From: an uncultured Holophagales bacterium
Lineage (GTDB): Bacteria; Acidobacteriota; Thermoanaerobaculia; Multivoradales; UBA5704
DNA length: 64,000 nucleotides
Direction of reading: 5' to 3'
Assembly: GCA_963842525.1 (NCBI GenBank)
Contig: CAWJGT010000003.1
Span: 608,001 to 672,000, forward strand
Shown here: in pieces, positions 28,148-38,800 of the stretch
Layout: every line of letters begins with the position of its first letter
Position numbering within the stretch: position 1 is the first letter of the stretch
The notes under the pieces: model-generated
What the model was told of the DNA's origin: nothing
The model's input: the letters and a program-made list of their open reading frames with translations, nothing else
The model's database searches: none
Position numbers and translations under genes: made by a program

Positions 28148-28504
28148 CAGCGGACGGTGTGGACCGCACTCAGGACGATGTTGAGTGCGTTCCGGACGGT
28201 GCGAAGCACGTTCCGGATGTTCCGCAACGCGTTCCGGATGGTTCGTTGCCCGCTTCGAACCGTCCGCAGCGCACTTCGGACGTTTCGCAATGCGCTCCGG
28301 ACGTTTCGTTGTCCGCTCAGGACGGTCCGTAATGCGTTCCGGACGGTGTTGTGCGGGCCTCGGACGATTCGCAGTGCGTTCCGGACGGTTCGCTGCAGAC
28401 TCAGAACCGTCCGCAATGCCCTCCGGATGATTCGATCTGCGTTTCGGACGGTTCTTTGTCCATTCAGAACCGTCCGCAGGGCACTCCTGACCATCCGTGG
28501 CGCG
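28148..28504. repeat. Degenerate 21-bp tandem array (about 17 units, YTCCGGACGGTTCGCARTGCG-like)
   Basis: Strict 21-bp phasing; produces heptad-like ORFs on both strands. Confidence 0.9.
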
Positions 28505-28617
28505 GTCAGGCGCCTACCAAGGCCGAGTCTCGATCGACCGGATCGCATCTGTCGCCGCTCTCTGCGGGTTGCGAACCGTCCTTCCAGCGAGGAGGTTCAT
28601 CCGCTGGCCGGTCTGGA

Positions 28618-29236
28618 TCACCTCCAGGCAAACCGCGGCTGCTCGAAGTGCGCGACCCGGGTGTCCCGGCCGTGCACGGCAACTTCGGCGAACTGGTGGA
28701 GGACGGCGGCGGTCGGCGCGTAGAGGAGGCCTCTTGGCGGCAGGGACAGGGCGAGGACCGGCGGGCCGCCCGGAGTCCCGGGCTGGAGGACGACCCTTTC
28801 CGGCGTCAAGTCTTCGATCGGCAGGAGCTCGACCGAGGCGACTTCGCGCGGATCGGGGCGCAGGACGGCATCGGGTGTCCCCCAGACGACGACCGGCGTG
28901 ATCACGAACCCCGAGCGCGTCGGGTAGTCGTCCAGGCAGCCGAGGATGTGCTCCGGCGGCAGGCTCAGTCCGACCTCTTCCTCGAGCTGCACGGAGGGCG
29001 GCGGCTTCCGCGGTCTCCCCCGGGTCGCGCCGGCCTCCAGGGCAGGCCCACTGGCCTCCGTGGCGGCTCAGCCCCGACGCCCGGACCGTGAGCACGACGC
29101 AGGCCCGGCCCTCCGCATCGGGCACGACCACGACAGCCACCGCGGCCGGCCGTCGTTCCTCGATCGGAACGCTCCGCCGCTCGAACCGGGCGAGGTGAGC
29201 TTCCAGCGTTGCCCGGAGGCCGTCTTCAAAGCGCAT
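28618..29236 (-). CDS. NUDIX CoA pyrophosphatase-like protein (frameshift near 28990)
   Basis: AAVAV, LTVRASGLSRHGGQWACPGGRRDPGETAEAAALR/ELEEEVG, PDPREVASV. Confidence 0.85.
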
Positions 29237-29242
29237 TGTGAA

Positions 29243-30232
29243 TCAGGCCTGCAAGCGCAACAGGCGCGCGGCATTGCCGCCGAGGATCCCCGATTTGTCT
29301 TCGTCCGGGATCGGCAGCGCTCGAATGGCTTCGAGCATCAGCGGGATGCTGCCGATCTGGTGGGGATAGTCGCTGCCGGCCAGGATGCGATCGGCGCCGG
29401 CGAACTCGATGGCCAGCTTCAGCGCTCCTTGGTTGAAATTCACCGTGTCATAGTAGAAATGCTGCTTCAGATATTCGGTCGGTGGCCGATCGATATGTTC
29501 GCGGCACTCCTTGAACGCGCGGTATCCGCGGTCCAGCCGCTCCGCCAGATACGGAATGGTTCCGCCGAGATGGCCGAGCACCCAGCGGATGCGCGGGAAC
29601 CGCCGCACGACGCCGCTGAAGACGAGCTTCGACGCCGCGAGCGTGGTGTCGAACAGAAAGCCGTTGAGTGGCATCAGCCAGTATTCCGACATCGCCTCGA
29701 CGCCCACCGGATAGGTGGGATGGATCATCAGCACGGCGTCGCGCTCGTTCGCGGCTTCATAGAGCGGCCAGAATCGCTCGTCGTTCAGCCCGACGCCGTT
29801 CACGTTGCTGAAGAGCATGGCGCCCGGCAGCTCCAGTTGATCCATGGCGCGGACGAGCTCCGCGGCCGAGGCTTGCGGATCGCAGAGCGGCAGCGTCGCG
29901 AGGGGTATAAACCGTTGCGGACGCTCGGAGCGCACCCGCGCGAACGCGTCATTGGTGATCTGCGCCAGCTTCACCGCGACGGCCGGCGCCTCGACGTGCG
30001 TCCCGGGCGTCGTCAGCGAAATGACCTGGACGTCCACGCCCTGCTCGTCGAGCACCGACTGCCGATAGGAAATGTCGCGGTGGCCCGGCACGATGACGTT
30101 GTAGTCGCCCGGGTAGTGGACGACCGGGTTGCCGTCGCCGTCGATCGTGATCCGGAGCGTGCTGCCGGACGGGCCCAGGGCGTCGAGGTATTCGGGCGGG
30201 TAATAATGGTTATGGAAGTCGACGATCGGCAT
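29243..30232 (-). CDS. Amidohydrolase_2 family (ACMSD-like) protein
   Basis: DFHNH, MIHP, GHLGGTIPY, YYDTV, GSDYPH. Confidence 0.9.
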   Translation of the reverse strand: MPIVDFHNHYYPPEYLDALGPSGSTLRITIDGDGNPVVHYPGDYNVIVPGHRDISYRQSVLDEQGVDVQVISLTTPGTHVEAPAVAVKLAQITNDAFARVRSERPQRFIPLATLPLCDPQASAAELVRAMDQLELPGAMLFSNVNGVGLNDERFWPLYEAANERDAVLMIHPTYPVGVEAMSEYWLMPLNGFLFDTTLAASKLVFSGVVRRFPRIRWVLGHLGGTIPYLAERLDRGYRAFKECREHIDRPPTEYLKQHFYYDTVNFNQGALKLAIEFAGADRILAGSDYPHQIGSIPLMLEAIRALPIPDEDKSGILGGNAARLLRLQA

Positions 30233-31545
30233 GACGATCACCCCCTCGGCTGGCCCATAGAACATAGACAGGCAGCCCGAGCAGGACAAGGCCGAGGCCC
30301 CAGGCGCTGTTTTCCGGCTCGGCCAGGACCTGCACGACGACGATGACGGCGGAAGCCGCCACGAAGACCGCCGGCACCAGCGGATATCCCCAGATGCGCC
30401 AGGCAGGCTTGTAGTCCGGCCGGCGCCGGAGCCGGAAGAGGCCGGCCGCCATCAGCGCGAAGAAAATCCATTCGGTGTAGATGACGCGCGTGAAGAGCGC
30501 TCGATAGGTGTCGGTGATCGCGAGGATCGAGGCCCAGAGAGCCTGGAGCACCAGCGCGCGGTGCGGCGTCTGAAACCTGGGATGGACCGTGCCGAGCCAC
30601 TTGAAGAGCAGGCCGTCCTGGGCCATCGAATAGTAGACGCGCGGCCCGGCTAGGATGATGCCGTTGACGGCGCCGAACGTCGAGACCATGACGAGCACGG
30701 CCATGAGCGAAGCCCCGCCTCCGCCGAGGAGCACGTCCGCCGCATCGGCCGCCACGCGCGTCGAGGCGCGGACCGCGTCGAGCGGCAGCACGCGCAGGTA
30801 GATGGCGTTCAGGCCGGCGTAGCACGCCGTGACGATCAGCGTTCCAAAGAGGAGCGCGCGCGGGATGGTCCGCGTTGCATCCTTCGTCTCGCCGGCGGCA
30901 TAGGTCACCATGTGCCAGCCGCCAAAGGCAAAGAGGCCCGCGACGAGCGCGAGGATGAAACCCTCGCCCGTCGCCGGGTCCGGCGCTGGCGCTGCCGGGG
31001 TTCCTTGCGCCGCGCCCTTCCAAAGCAGCCCTGCCGCGAGGAGCGCCACGATCGCCAGGAGCTTGGCGCCGGTGAACAGGTTCTGCACCAGCCCGCCGTG
31101 CCGCACGCCGACATAGTTGACGAGCGAAAGCACGAGGATGAGCGCCACGGCAGTGAGGCGCTGGCCCAGGTCGCTCATCGGCACGAAAGTGCCTGCATAG
31201 CGGGCGAAGACCATGGCGATGGCGGCGATGATCCCGGTGTGCATGCTCCAGAACATCGCCCAGCCCCAAAGGAAGCCGACGGCGGGGGAGTACGCCTCGC
31301 GCAGGAACACGTAGACCCCGCCCGTCCGTGGGAATGCCGAAGCCGAGCTCGGCGCAGGCGAGCGCGCCGAAGATCGTCAGCACGCCCGCGGCCAGCCACA
31401 CCAGCACGATGCCGCCGACCGAAGGCATGTGGCGGGTGATCTCCGACGGCTGGACGAAGATCGAAGCGCCGATGATGGTCCCGACGACCATCGCCGTCGC
31501 ATGTGTCAGTCCCAGCGGGCGGGGGAGGGCTTCCGGTTCGGCCAT
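30210..31545 (-). CDS. APC family amino acid permease (frameshift near 31330)
   Basis: GTIIGASIF, ALACAEL, LFAFGGW, VHPRFQTP; many TM segments. Confidence 0.9.
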
Positions 31546-31673
31546 GTGCGGAGGAGTTTATGCCATCCGGCGAGAGCGGCTGGGGAGAGGGCCTTCAGAC
31601 GGGCGAGGCAGAGGAGCTCCTGGGGTAGAATCGGCCGTCTCCCGGTTTTCGGCACTTCCAAAGGAGAAGGGGA

Positions 31674-33086
31674 ATGCAACAGAGCGCTCCAGGCTGGATC
31701 GACGACGCCCAGGCATGGGTAGGGACCCTGAGCGGTTGGGTATGGGGTTGGCCGATGCTGGTCCTGCTGGTGGGGACGGGCTTCTATCTGACGTTCCTCC
31801 TGCGCGGGCTTCAGTTCCGTGAGCTCGGGCACTCGCTCTGGCTCGCCCTGATCAAGCGCAAGGAGGAAGGAGCGGGGGACATCTCCCACTTCCAGGCCCT
31901 GATGACGGCTCTTGCCGCCACCGTGGGCACGGGCAACATCGCGGGCGTGGCGGCCGCGATCTCCGTGGGCGGGCCCGGGGCCCTCTTCTGGATGTGGATC
32001 ACCGGCCTGGTGGGCATGGCGACCAAGTATGCGGAGGCTGTCCTCGGCGTGAAGTACCGGGTGCTCGATCCGCGCGGCGAAATGGCGGGCGGCCCCATGT
32101 ACTACCTCGCCCGCGGCGTGGGCGGACCGCTCGGCAAGACCCTGGGGTGGCTCTTCGCCCTGTTCGCGGCCATCGCCGCTTTCGGCATCGGCAACATGGT
32201 GCAGTCCAATTCGGTCGCGGACGCGCTGCGCAGCTCGTTCGGCGTCCCGCCGCTCTGGACCGGCGCCGTCATCGCCGTCCTGGCCGGAATGGTCATCCTC
32301 GGCGGCATCAAATCGATCGGCCGGTTCACCGAATTCTTCGTGCCGGTGATGATCCTCTTCTACATCGCCGGGGCCCTCGTGGTGCTGGCGATCAACTGGC
32401 GGGGCCTGCCGGCGATCTTCGTCTACGTCCTCAAGGACGCCTTCCGTCCGGCCGCCGCGGTGGGCGGCTTTGCCGGGGCGACCCTCATGGCCGCGGTACG
32501 CATGGGCGTGGCACGCGGCGTATTCTCCAACGAGTCCGGCCTGGGCACCGGCGGCATCGCCGCGGCCGCGGCCCAGACGCGGCACCCCGTTTCGCAGGCC
32601 CTGGTCTCCATGACGCAGACCTTCATCGACACCATCGTGGTCTGCTCCATGACCGGCTTCGTCATCATCGCGACCGGCTCGTGGACGAAAGTCGATCCAA
32701 CGACCGGCCTGGGCTTCACCGGCTCACCCCTCACCGTGGAAGCCTTCAGCACCGGCCTGCCCGGGACCTCGGGCGGAGTCGTCGTCTCGATCGGCTTGGC
32801 CCTCTTTGCGTTCTCGACGATCCTGGGCTGGTCCTACTACGGCGAGCGGGCGATCGAGTACCTGCTGGGGGCGAAATCCATCCTTCCCTACCGCCTGGCG
32901 TTCATCGCCGCCTCGTTCCTCGGCTGCTGGGTGCTGAGCCATCCAGGAAGCGGCGGCTTCCAACTCGTCTGGTCCTTCGCCGACGTGATGAACGGCCTCA
33001 TGGCCTTCCCCAACCTGGTGGGGTTGTTGCTGCTCTCCGGAGTGGTGGCGATGGAGACGCGGACGTATCTGGCGGCGAGGAAGTGA
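31674..33086 (+). CDS. Sodium:alanine/glycine symporter (AGCS family)
   Basis: [46 protein letters not shown]. Confidence 0.95.
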   Translation: MQQSAPGWIDDAQAWVGTLSGWVWGWPMLVLLVGTGFYLTFLLRGLQFRELGHSLWLALIKRKEEGAGDISHFQALMTALAATVGTGNIAGVAAAISVGGPGALFWMWITGLVGMATKYAEAVLGVKYRVLDPRGEMAGGPMYYLARGVGGPLGKTLGWLFALFAAIAAFGIGNMVQSNSVADALRSSFGVPPLWTGAVIAVLAGMVILGGIKSIGRFTEFFVPVMILFYIAGALVVLAINWRGLPAIFVYVLKDAFRPAAAVGGFAGATLMAAVRMGVARGVFSNESGLGTGGIAAAAAQTRHPVSQALVSMTQTFIDTIVVCSMTGFVIIATGSWTKVDPTTGLGFTGSPLTVEAFSTGLPGTSGGVVVSIGLALFAFSTILGWSYYGERAIEYLLGAKSILPYRLAFIAASFLGCWVLSHPGSGGFQLVWSFADVMNGLMAFPNLVGLLLLSGVVAMETRTYLAARK

Positions 33087-33207
33087 GGGCCGGTCGCCGA
33101 GTTTGCGAAGGATTCCTTGAGCGTCCGGTCCTGAAAACCCGGGCCCGCCTTCGCCGTATCTCTTCCAGCTCGTCGCTGCGCCCTGCTTGGGTGTCAAGGA
33201 GGCCTCG

Positions 33208-34662
33208 GTGAGAGAGTCTGTGCTTGCATTTCTTCTGCTGATTTTCATCACCAACGGCCCGGCCGCGGCGGAACCGGCCGGCGATCCGGTCGAAGGCCTC
33301 TGGCTCGGCACCGCCGGAACGGAGAGGGAGAAAATCGAGGTGGGGCTCGAATTCCGGCGCGACGCCGAGGGCGCTCTCCAGCTCTTCCTCACCCAGCCGA
33401 TCGCGAATTACTTCGGCCTCCAGGCGCCGGGCACCGTGCGGCGCGAGGGAGACCAGGTCGTCGCCGAAGGGTTTGCCCTCTCGCTGCGGCTCCGCGAAGA
33501 CCGGCTCGAAGGGACCTACCCCGGGCCCAACAGCCCGGCCTCCTTCCATCGCGTCTCGCAGCTTCCGGTCCCGACGCCGATTCCCGATGTCCCGGCCGGC
33601 CCGGGACCGGCCTGGCAGACCCGTCTCAATGGGCAGATCTTCGCCTCGCCGGCTGTCTTCGACGGCAAGGTCTACATCGGCACGACCGGCGGCGTCTTCA
33701 ACGCGGTCGACGCCCGCGACGGAAAGATCCTCTGGGCGGTCGCCGCCGGTCGGCCGATCCTCGGCACCGCGCTGGTCACCGCGGACGCCGTCTTTTTCAC
33801 CTGCGACAACGGCTATCTCTTCCGGCTGCGCCGCGAAGACGGCAAGGAGGTCTGGCGCTACGATCTCGGGGATTCGCGCGCTTCGCGCGTGCTCGGGCAC
33901 CCGGCGGTCTTCAACTGGGACTGGCACGGAGCGAAGCCGGCTCTCGCGGACGGCGTCGTCTACGTCGGTGCGGGGGATGGAGGTTTTCACGCTGTCGACG
34001 CGGCGAGCGGCCAGCGGCGCTGGCGCTTCGCGACCGGCGACCGCGTGCGCGGCGGTGCTGCCATCGCTGGTGATCGCGTCGTCTTCGGCAGCGCCGATCA
34101 CTTCGTCTACGCCCTGGACCGCGCGACCGGCAAGGAGCTCTGGAAGCACGACACGGGAGTGGAGATCGAGGACGAGCCGCTCATTGCCGGCGACCGGGTC
34201 TTCATCGGCAACCGGGGAGGCGGCCTCTACGCGCTCGCGCTCGCGACCGGCGAGCGGCTATGGAAAACCTTTTTCTGGGGATCGTGGCTGGAGTCGACGC
34301 CCGTCCTGGCCGACGGCGTGCTCTACATCGGCTCATCGGATCTGCGCCGGGTCAGCGCGATCGCACCCGAGGACGGCCGCGTGCTCTGGCGCACCGACGT
34401 CTACGGCTGGACGTTCGGCACACCGCTCCTCGTCGGAGACCGGATCTTCGCCGGCGCGGCCGGCGGCGACCCGTACTTCATCCAGCACGTCGCAAGCTTT
34501 TCGATGCTCGACCGCGCGACCGGCAAGCTCCTCCGCCGCTACCCGCTGCCCGAGGTCCCCGGAGCCCACCAGTGGGGCATCGCGGGCTCTCCGGCCCTCG
34601 CCGGAGATCTTGTTGTCGTCTCGACGATTCAGGGTGGGTTGATGGCGTTTCCGGTGAAGTAG
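33208..34662 (+). CDS. Secreted PQQ-like beta-propeller repeat protein
   Basis: AGGAGG RBS with GTG start, signal peptide, repeated AxDxxTGxxxW motifs. Confidence 0.9.
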   Translation: MRESVLAFLLLIFITNGPAAAEPAGDPVEGLWLGTAGTEREKIEVGLEFRRDAEGALQLFLTQPIANYFGLQAPGTVRREGDQVVAEGFALSLRLREDRLEGTYPGPNSPASFHRVSQLPVPTPIPDVPAGPGPAWQTRLNGQIFASPAVFDGKVYIGTTGGVFNAVDARDGKILWAVAAGRPILGTALVTADAVFFTCDNGYLFRLRREDGKEVWRYDLGDSRASRVLGHPAVFNWDWHGAKPALADGVVYVGAGDGGFHAVDAASGQRRWRFATGDRVRGGAAIAGDRVVFGSADHFVYALDRATGKELWKHDTGVEIEDEPLIAGDRVFIGNRGGGLYALALATGERLWKTFFWGSWLESTPVLADGVLYIGSSDLRRVSAIAPEDGRVLWRTDVYGWTFGTPLLVGDRIFAGAAGGDPYFIQHVASFSMLDRATGKLLRRYPLPEVPGAHQWGIAGSPALAGDLVVVSTIQGGLMAFPVK

Positions 34663-34676
34663 ACGCCCTGGACGCG

Positions 34677-34865
34677 CTAGGGAACGGAAGCTTCAATCTC
34701 TACCGTCAGGTCGTTCTGACCGGCGAACCCCCCGTTTGCCCCATAGGTTACGAGCAGTACCCAGGTGGCGAAATCTGACCCCAGCCCCTCTTGAGCAGCT
34801 TTGATGGCCAGATGCAGAGCCACATTGATGTCCCCGTTGTCCGCAGTACCCGAGAATCGTGCCAT
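34677..34865 (-). CDS. Small hypothetical protein (62 aa)
   Basis: GGGAGG RBS and its own promoter upstream. Confidence 0.7.
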   Translation of the reverse strand: MARFSGTADNGDINVALHLAIKAAQEGLGSDFATWVLLVTYGANGGFAGQNDLTVEIEASVP

Positions 34866-34904
34866 GCCGAGTAACCTCCCTTTGCTTTGTTTACGCTTGG
34901 TGCC

Positions 34905-34949
34905 ACCCTATGGCGTTTGCCGGCTTTCGTCAACGGCCCGGCGGTTGAC
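34905..34949 (-). promoter_or_regulatory. Sigma70-like promoter with GTCAAC-N9-GTTGAC palindrome
   Basis: TTGACG (34933-34928), N17, TAGGGT (34910-34905); same surrounding motif as 27549-27581. Confidence 0.6.
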
Positions 34950-35121
34950 CCGCCTATGGAACGGGGCCGCCGGATCGCACCAACTCTGTCCCGTGCATCG
35001 GCGACGGCGAGTTCTTTTTGCGTGAGGTCCGATCTCCCTTGACACTCCCATTGCGATCCTTTATGCTTCGAGACTAAATGCCGGGGAAGGGCTGTAGAAT
35101 GTAGCGGGGGGGTAGGAACGT

Positions 35122-35355
35122 ATGTACAAGATCACTCTGGACATCGAGCAGCTTCCTGAGGGGCCGTACCTGGGTACGAGCCCGGATCTACCCGGCCTCG
35201 TGGTGCAGGCAGACAGCGTCCAGGAAATTCTTCGGCTGGCCCCCGACGTGGCGCACGACCTCATCGCAGTGATGGTTGAAACCAACCAGCAACTGCCGTC
35301 GGGTATTGAGACGGTCACTGCTCCGGGGCGTGTCCCGGTCCTCGTACCCGCTTGA
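35122..35355 (+). CDS. hicB: HicB-like antitoxin
   Basis: EGPYLGTSPDLPGLVVQADSVQEIL; overlaps the downstream hicA. Confidence 0.75.
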   Translation: MYKITLDIEQLPEGPYLGTSPDLPGLVVQADSVQEILRLAPDVAHDLIAVMVETNQQLPSGIETVTAPGRVPVLVPA

Positions 35356-35558
35356 CCTACCGAGAGCTGACCCGCCACCTCCGGCGGCTCGGTTGCGAGC
35401 TGATACGCCAGAGCAAGGGGAGTCACGAGATCTGGCACAACCCGAGTCAGAATCGATCGGCGGTCATTCCCAGACATCCAGGCGATCTCCCGGCCGGGAC
35501 GCTTCGGGCCATTCTCAAGGGTCTCGGTATCACCCCAGACGACCTGATCCCTCGGTAG
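35352..35558 (+). CDS. hicA: HicA toxin
   Basis: RQSKGSHEIW, IPRH, GTLRAILK. Confidence 0.9.
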   Translation: MTYRELTRHLRRLGCELIRQSKGSHEIWHNPSQNRSAVIPRHPGDLPAGTLRAILKGLGITPDDLIPR

Positions 35559-35573
35559 CCCTCAGGCGAGGCT

Positions 35574-35750
35574 ATGTCGAAAGCGTCCAAGCGGCCGGCC
35601 ATCGAGAGCAATGTCGTGCGCACGGAGCTTCAACGAGCCGTGGAGGAAGCGGAGCGAGATCTTGCCGAAAACCGCTGGACGGAGCACTCCGAAGTTGAGG
35701 CGAAGCTGAAGTGGTGGGCGAGCCGGGAAGACGAAGTCCATCGCCCATGA
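35574..35750 (+). CDS. Small antitoxin-like hypothetical protein (58 aa)
   Basis: GAGG then ATG; MSKASKRPAIESNVVRTELQRAVEEAERDLAENRWTEHSEVEAKLKWW...; not in the ORF track. Confidence 0.45.
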   Translation: MSKASKRPAIESNVVRTELQRAVEEAERDLAENRWTEHSEVEAKLKWWASREDEVHRP

Positions 35751-35804
35751 CTCGCGACGAAGGGAACTGTGGTTCTCTCGCAGCTCCTCTGCTGGCGGCG
35801 CTTC

Positions 35805-38800
35805 TCAAGCAGGAGCATCACGGCCGGCCGAGCCGCTTAAGAACTCATCCACGTATGGAAAACTCCTCTCAAGGATTTCTTTCAATCTCGTGTCGACTTG
35901 CGTGGTCAGCCGCTTGAGATCGAAGAACTCCAAGACCGCACGCAGATGGGCTTCACTACCAAATGCCAAACCGTGCCGTTCCGCCAAGTACCTTGCCAAA
36001 ACGTTCAGTTCGCTCGGTGGAATCTCCTCGAATGTTCGCGGCCCCCTGCTTCGCAATCTGATCGGAGGGCTCCCCTTCATTCTGACCACGGAGAAAAGGA
36101 TGCCGCTCTTACCTGTCTCATCTTCGCAAATGACATGTTCCTGTCGAATGGCATGGTAAAGAGCCTTGTTCATAGTGCTCTTGAGCTCAGGGCCCAGCCG
36201 CTTGATGCCGCAGCCCCTCAGGTAAATGTCGTAGGCTCGTTTTGCAACCATTGGACCTTCGACCTCGACGATCCGGACAATGCCTTCCGAGACTCCCTGC
36301 TGGTTGATGCTGCGAGGGTCATTCCCAGTAGGGCCTGCATATTCAACATACCTGCTGAATGGCAGGTCGGCATCTCGCGAGTTGACCGAATAAACGGTCA
36401 GTCGTGCAATGCTAAAGGGATTTCCGTCTCCAGTCGACGGCTGCAACCGAACCTCTGCTGGAGGTGCATCCTCCCTTACTGAATTGGTTCGTGCCGGCGG
36501 TGCGTCAGAAATCGATACCTGAGTGCTCTCGACAATTTCAACAGGCATCACGATGTCTTGACCAACCGCCGGCCCAGTGGGAGAACATACGACGCGGCGC
36601 TCGGTATGCACACTCCTCGGCGCTCGTTCGGCGCCCATCGGTTCGATACCTCGCTCATCTAATGTCTTCAAAAGATTGTCCAGCGTGTCCTTCCGCCGAC
36701 GGATGAAGGCGGAGGCGAAACACCGCCAGAACGCCCAACCGGCGCGTTCCAGGACGCGCTGGCGTTGCATGTCGTCGGCCCATTTGTCTGCTCCATGATA
36801 CTTGTCTCCGTCGCACTCGACCGCCAGCCGAGCGTCATTGTGTCCCTCCACCACCATGTCGATACGGTACTGCCCGACCCTTACTTGGGGCGTCACCCAG
36901 TAGCCTCGCTGCGTGAGCTCGTCGTATATCTCACGTTCGAAAGGTGATTCGCAAAGTTTGCGCAAGTCGTGCGTGCGTACTTCATCCTGAGCGAAGGGTG
37001 TCGCGAAGTGTGAGATGAGGTTGCGCCGCAGGCGGTTCGCTTGCGAGAGGTGTTCCGGGCCTACCGAGCGCACCAGATACATCCGGTCCCTTGCGCGCGA
37101 AGCAGCTACGTTGAACCGTTGGTCATACATGATTCCGGCGAGCGTCCCGCCCACCTCGTTGGGCGCTGACACCATGGAAAGAAACATGATGTCACGCTCT
37201 TTGCCCTGGAACGTGCGGGCATCACCGCACGCGATGCGATGGCGTTGCATGAGCTCCGGCCCGACTTCATCGGATTAGCCTCTCCCATATCTCCCGCGCC
37301 TGCTTGTCCGCGAGCAGCGAGACGACCCCGATGGAGCGGCCTCCCATGTTGGGGTCAGCCACGATCGCCTTGATTTCATCGACGATGAACCTCGCCTCGG
37401 GGAGATTGACGTCGCCTCTGCGGTAGCCGTCTTCCACGACCACGTCAATGAGGGGCGGGTCGAGACGCTCGGAAGCTTTCGGCAGGCGCAATGGCCGTAG
37501 CTCGTGGTTGTAGAACTCGCGCTTGGAGTACTCGATGATTGGGCCGACACAGCGGAAATGTTCCTTCAGCATCACCGCGCTCTTGGCGAATACTACTTTG
37601 AACAGGTCATAGATCGAGCGTTCCGGCGACATCTGCGGCCGATAGGTCTCCACCTGGTTCCCTAGGAAGCGGCTCATGAGGCTGCGAATCTTCTCCTCCT
37701 CAAGGCCGACGCCTTCGGGGGAGACTTGCTTGTCGTCGCCGACGATGAGCACCTTCTGTCGCCCGTAACAAGGAAGGCAATGCCGTTAGGTCTGATTGCG
37801 ACGCTTCATCGATGACGACGAGGTCGAAGCAGCCCAATTCTGCAGGAAGTGATTCGGACACGCGGTAGTGGGGCATGATCCAGCACGGCACTGCGGGGTT
37901 CGCTTGCGATGCTGCCATACGCGCATCCTGCCTATAGCGCACCGCGCGCTTGCCGGTGCCCTTGCCGATCTTCTGAATAGCGTTGAGATAAGCCTGCAGG
38001 GCGGCCCGAATGCTGGGCGAAGCGTTCTCCGCGAGTTTCAGCCATGTTCGTTTCACCACGATGTCACGATAGGCGCGCGACAAATCGCTCTCCACTTCGT
38101 GGCGCTCCTTCGCCAGCCTCTTCAGCTCTTCTTGCGCGTCAATCGATTCGAGATAGGTGGCCAGACGCCTCAGGCGCCAAGCGCTGCGCCAGTTGTCCGG
38201 CAGAAGACCGTCCACCGTGCCCTCAAGTGGCCGCTTGAGCGATGCGGCGTACTTAGGTGCGCCGGAAGCCTCAACTTTGTCGCAGACCTCACGCAAGGCG
38301 GCGAGATGCGTGCCCAGGCCCAGCGCGCGGGATAGCTCCGCCATCAGCGCCGACCACTCGGCCTGCATCCGGGCGTCTTCAATCTCAGGATTACCCAGCG
38401 TTTCGGCGAGAAACCGGCGAATGTCCTCTATGACGCGGCCGGTGCGGCCTTCCAGTACCTTCTGAAAGCGCTCCTTGTGAACCCAGACATTGGCGAGCCG
38501 GTTCTTGGTGAGGTGGTGCCGCAGCGCCTTCTCCAGCTCAGCGAGTCGCTGCTTGTTATTCGCCACCTCGCGAACATGAGCCCAGTTGGGGAAAACGTGA
38601 GAAGCCGCGGCGCAGAGTTCGCTTTCCGCTTTCACTAGAGCCTTCACCTTGAGGTAAAGGGCGTAGTCCTGGGCGGCGGCAAGGCCGTCTTCCGGCTTGT
38701 CCCCCGGCACGACTTCAAGTCGAAGCTCGTGGGCAAGAGCGTTCCAGCGCAAGGCCAGCTCACGCAGGCATTTCAACAACGCCAGATGCTCGGCGACATG

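Noticed and set aside
27935-28723. Arg-rich heptad ORFs (27935-28723 +, 28090-28548 -) and similar ORFs over 59005-59724
   Set aside because: Open frames arise from the 21-bp repeat on both strands; no convincing RBS or domain.
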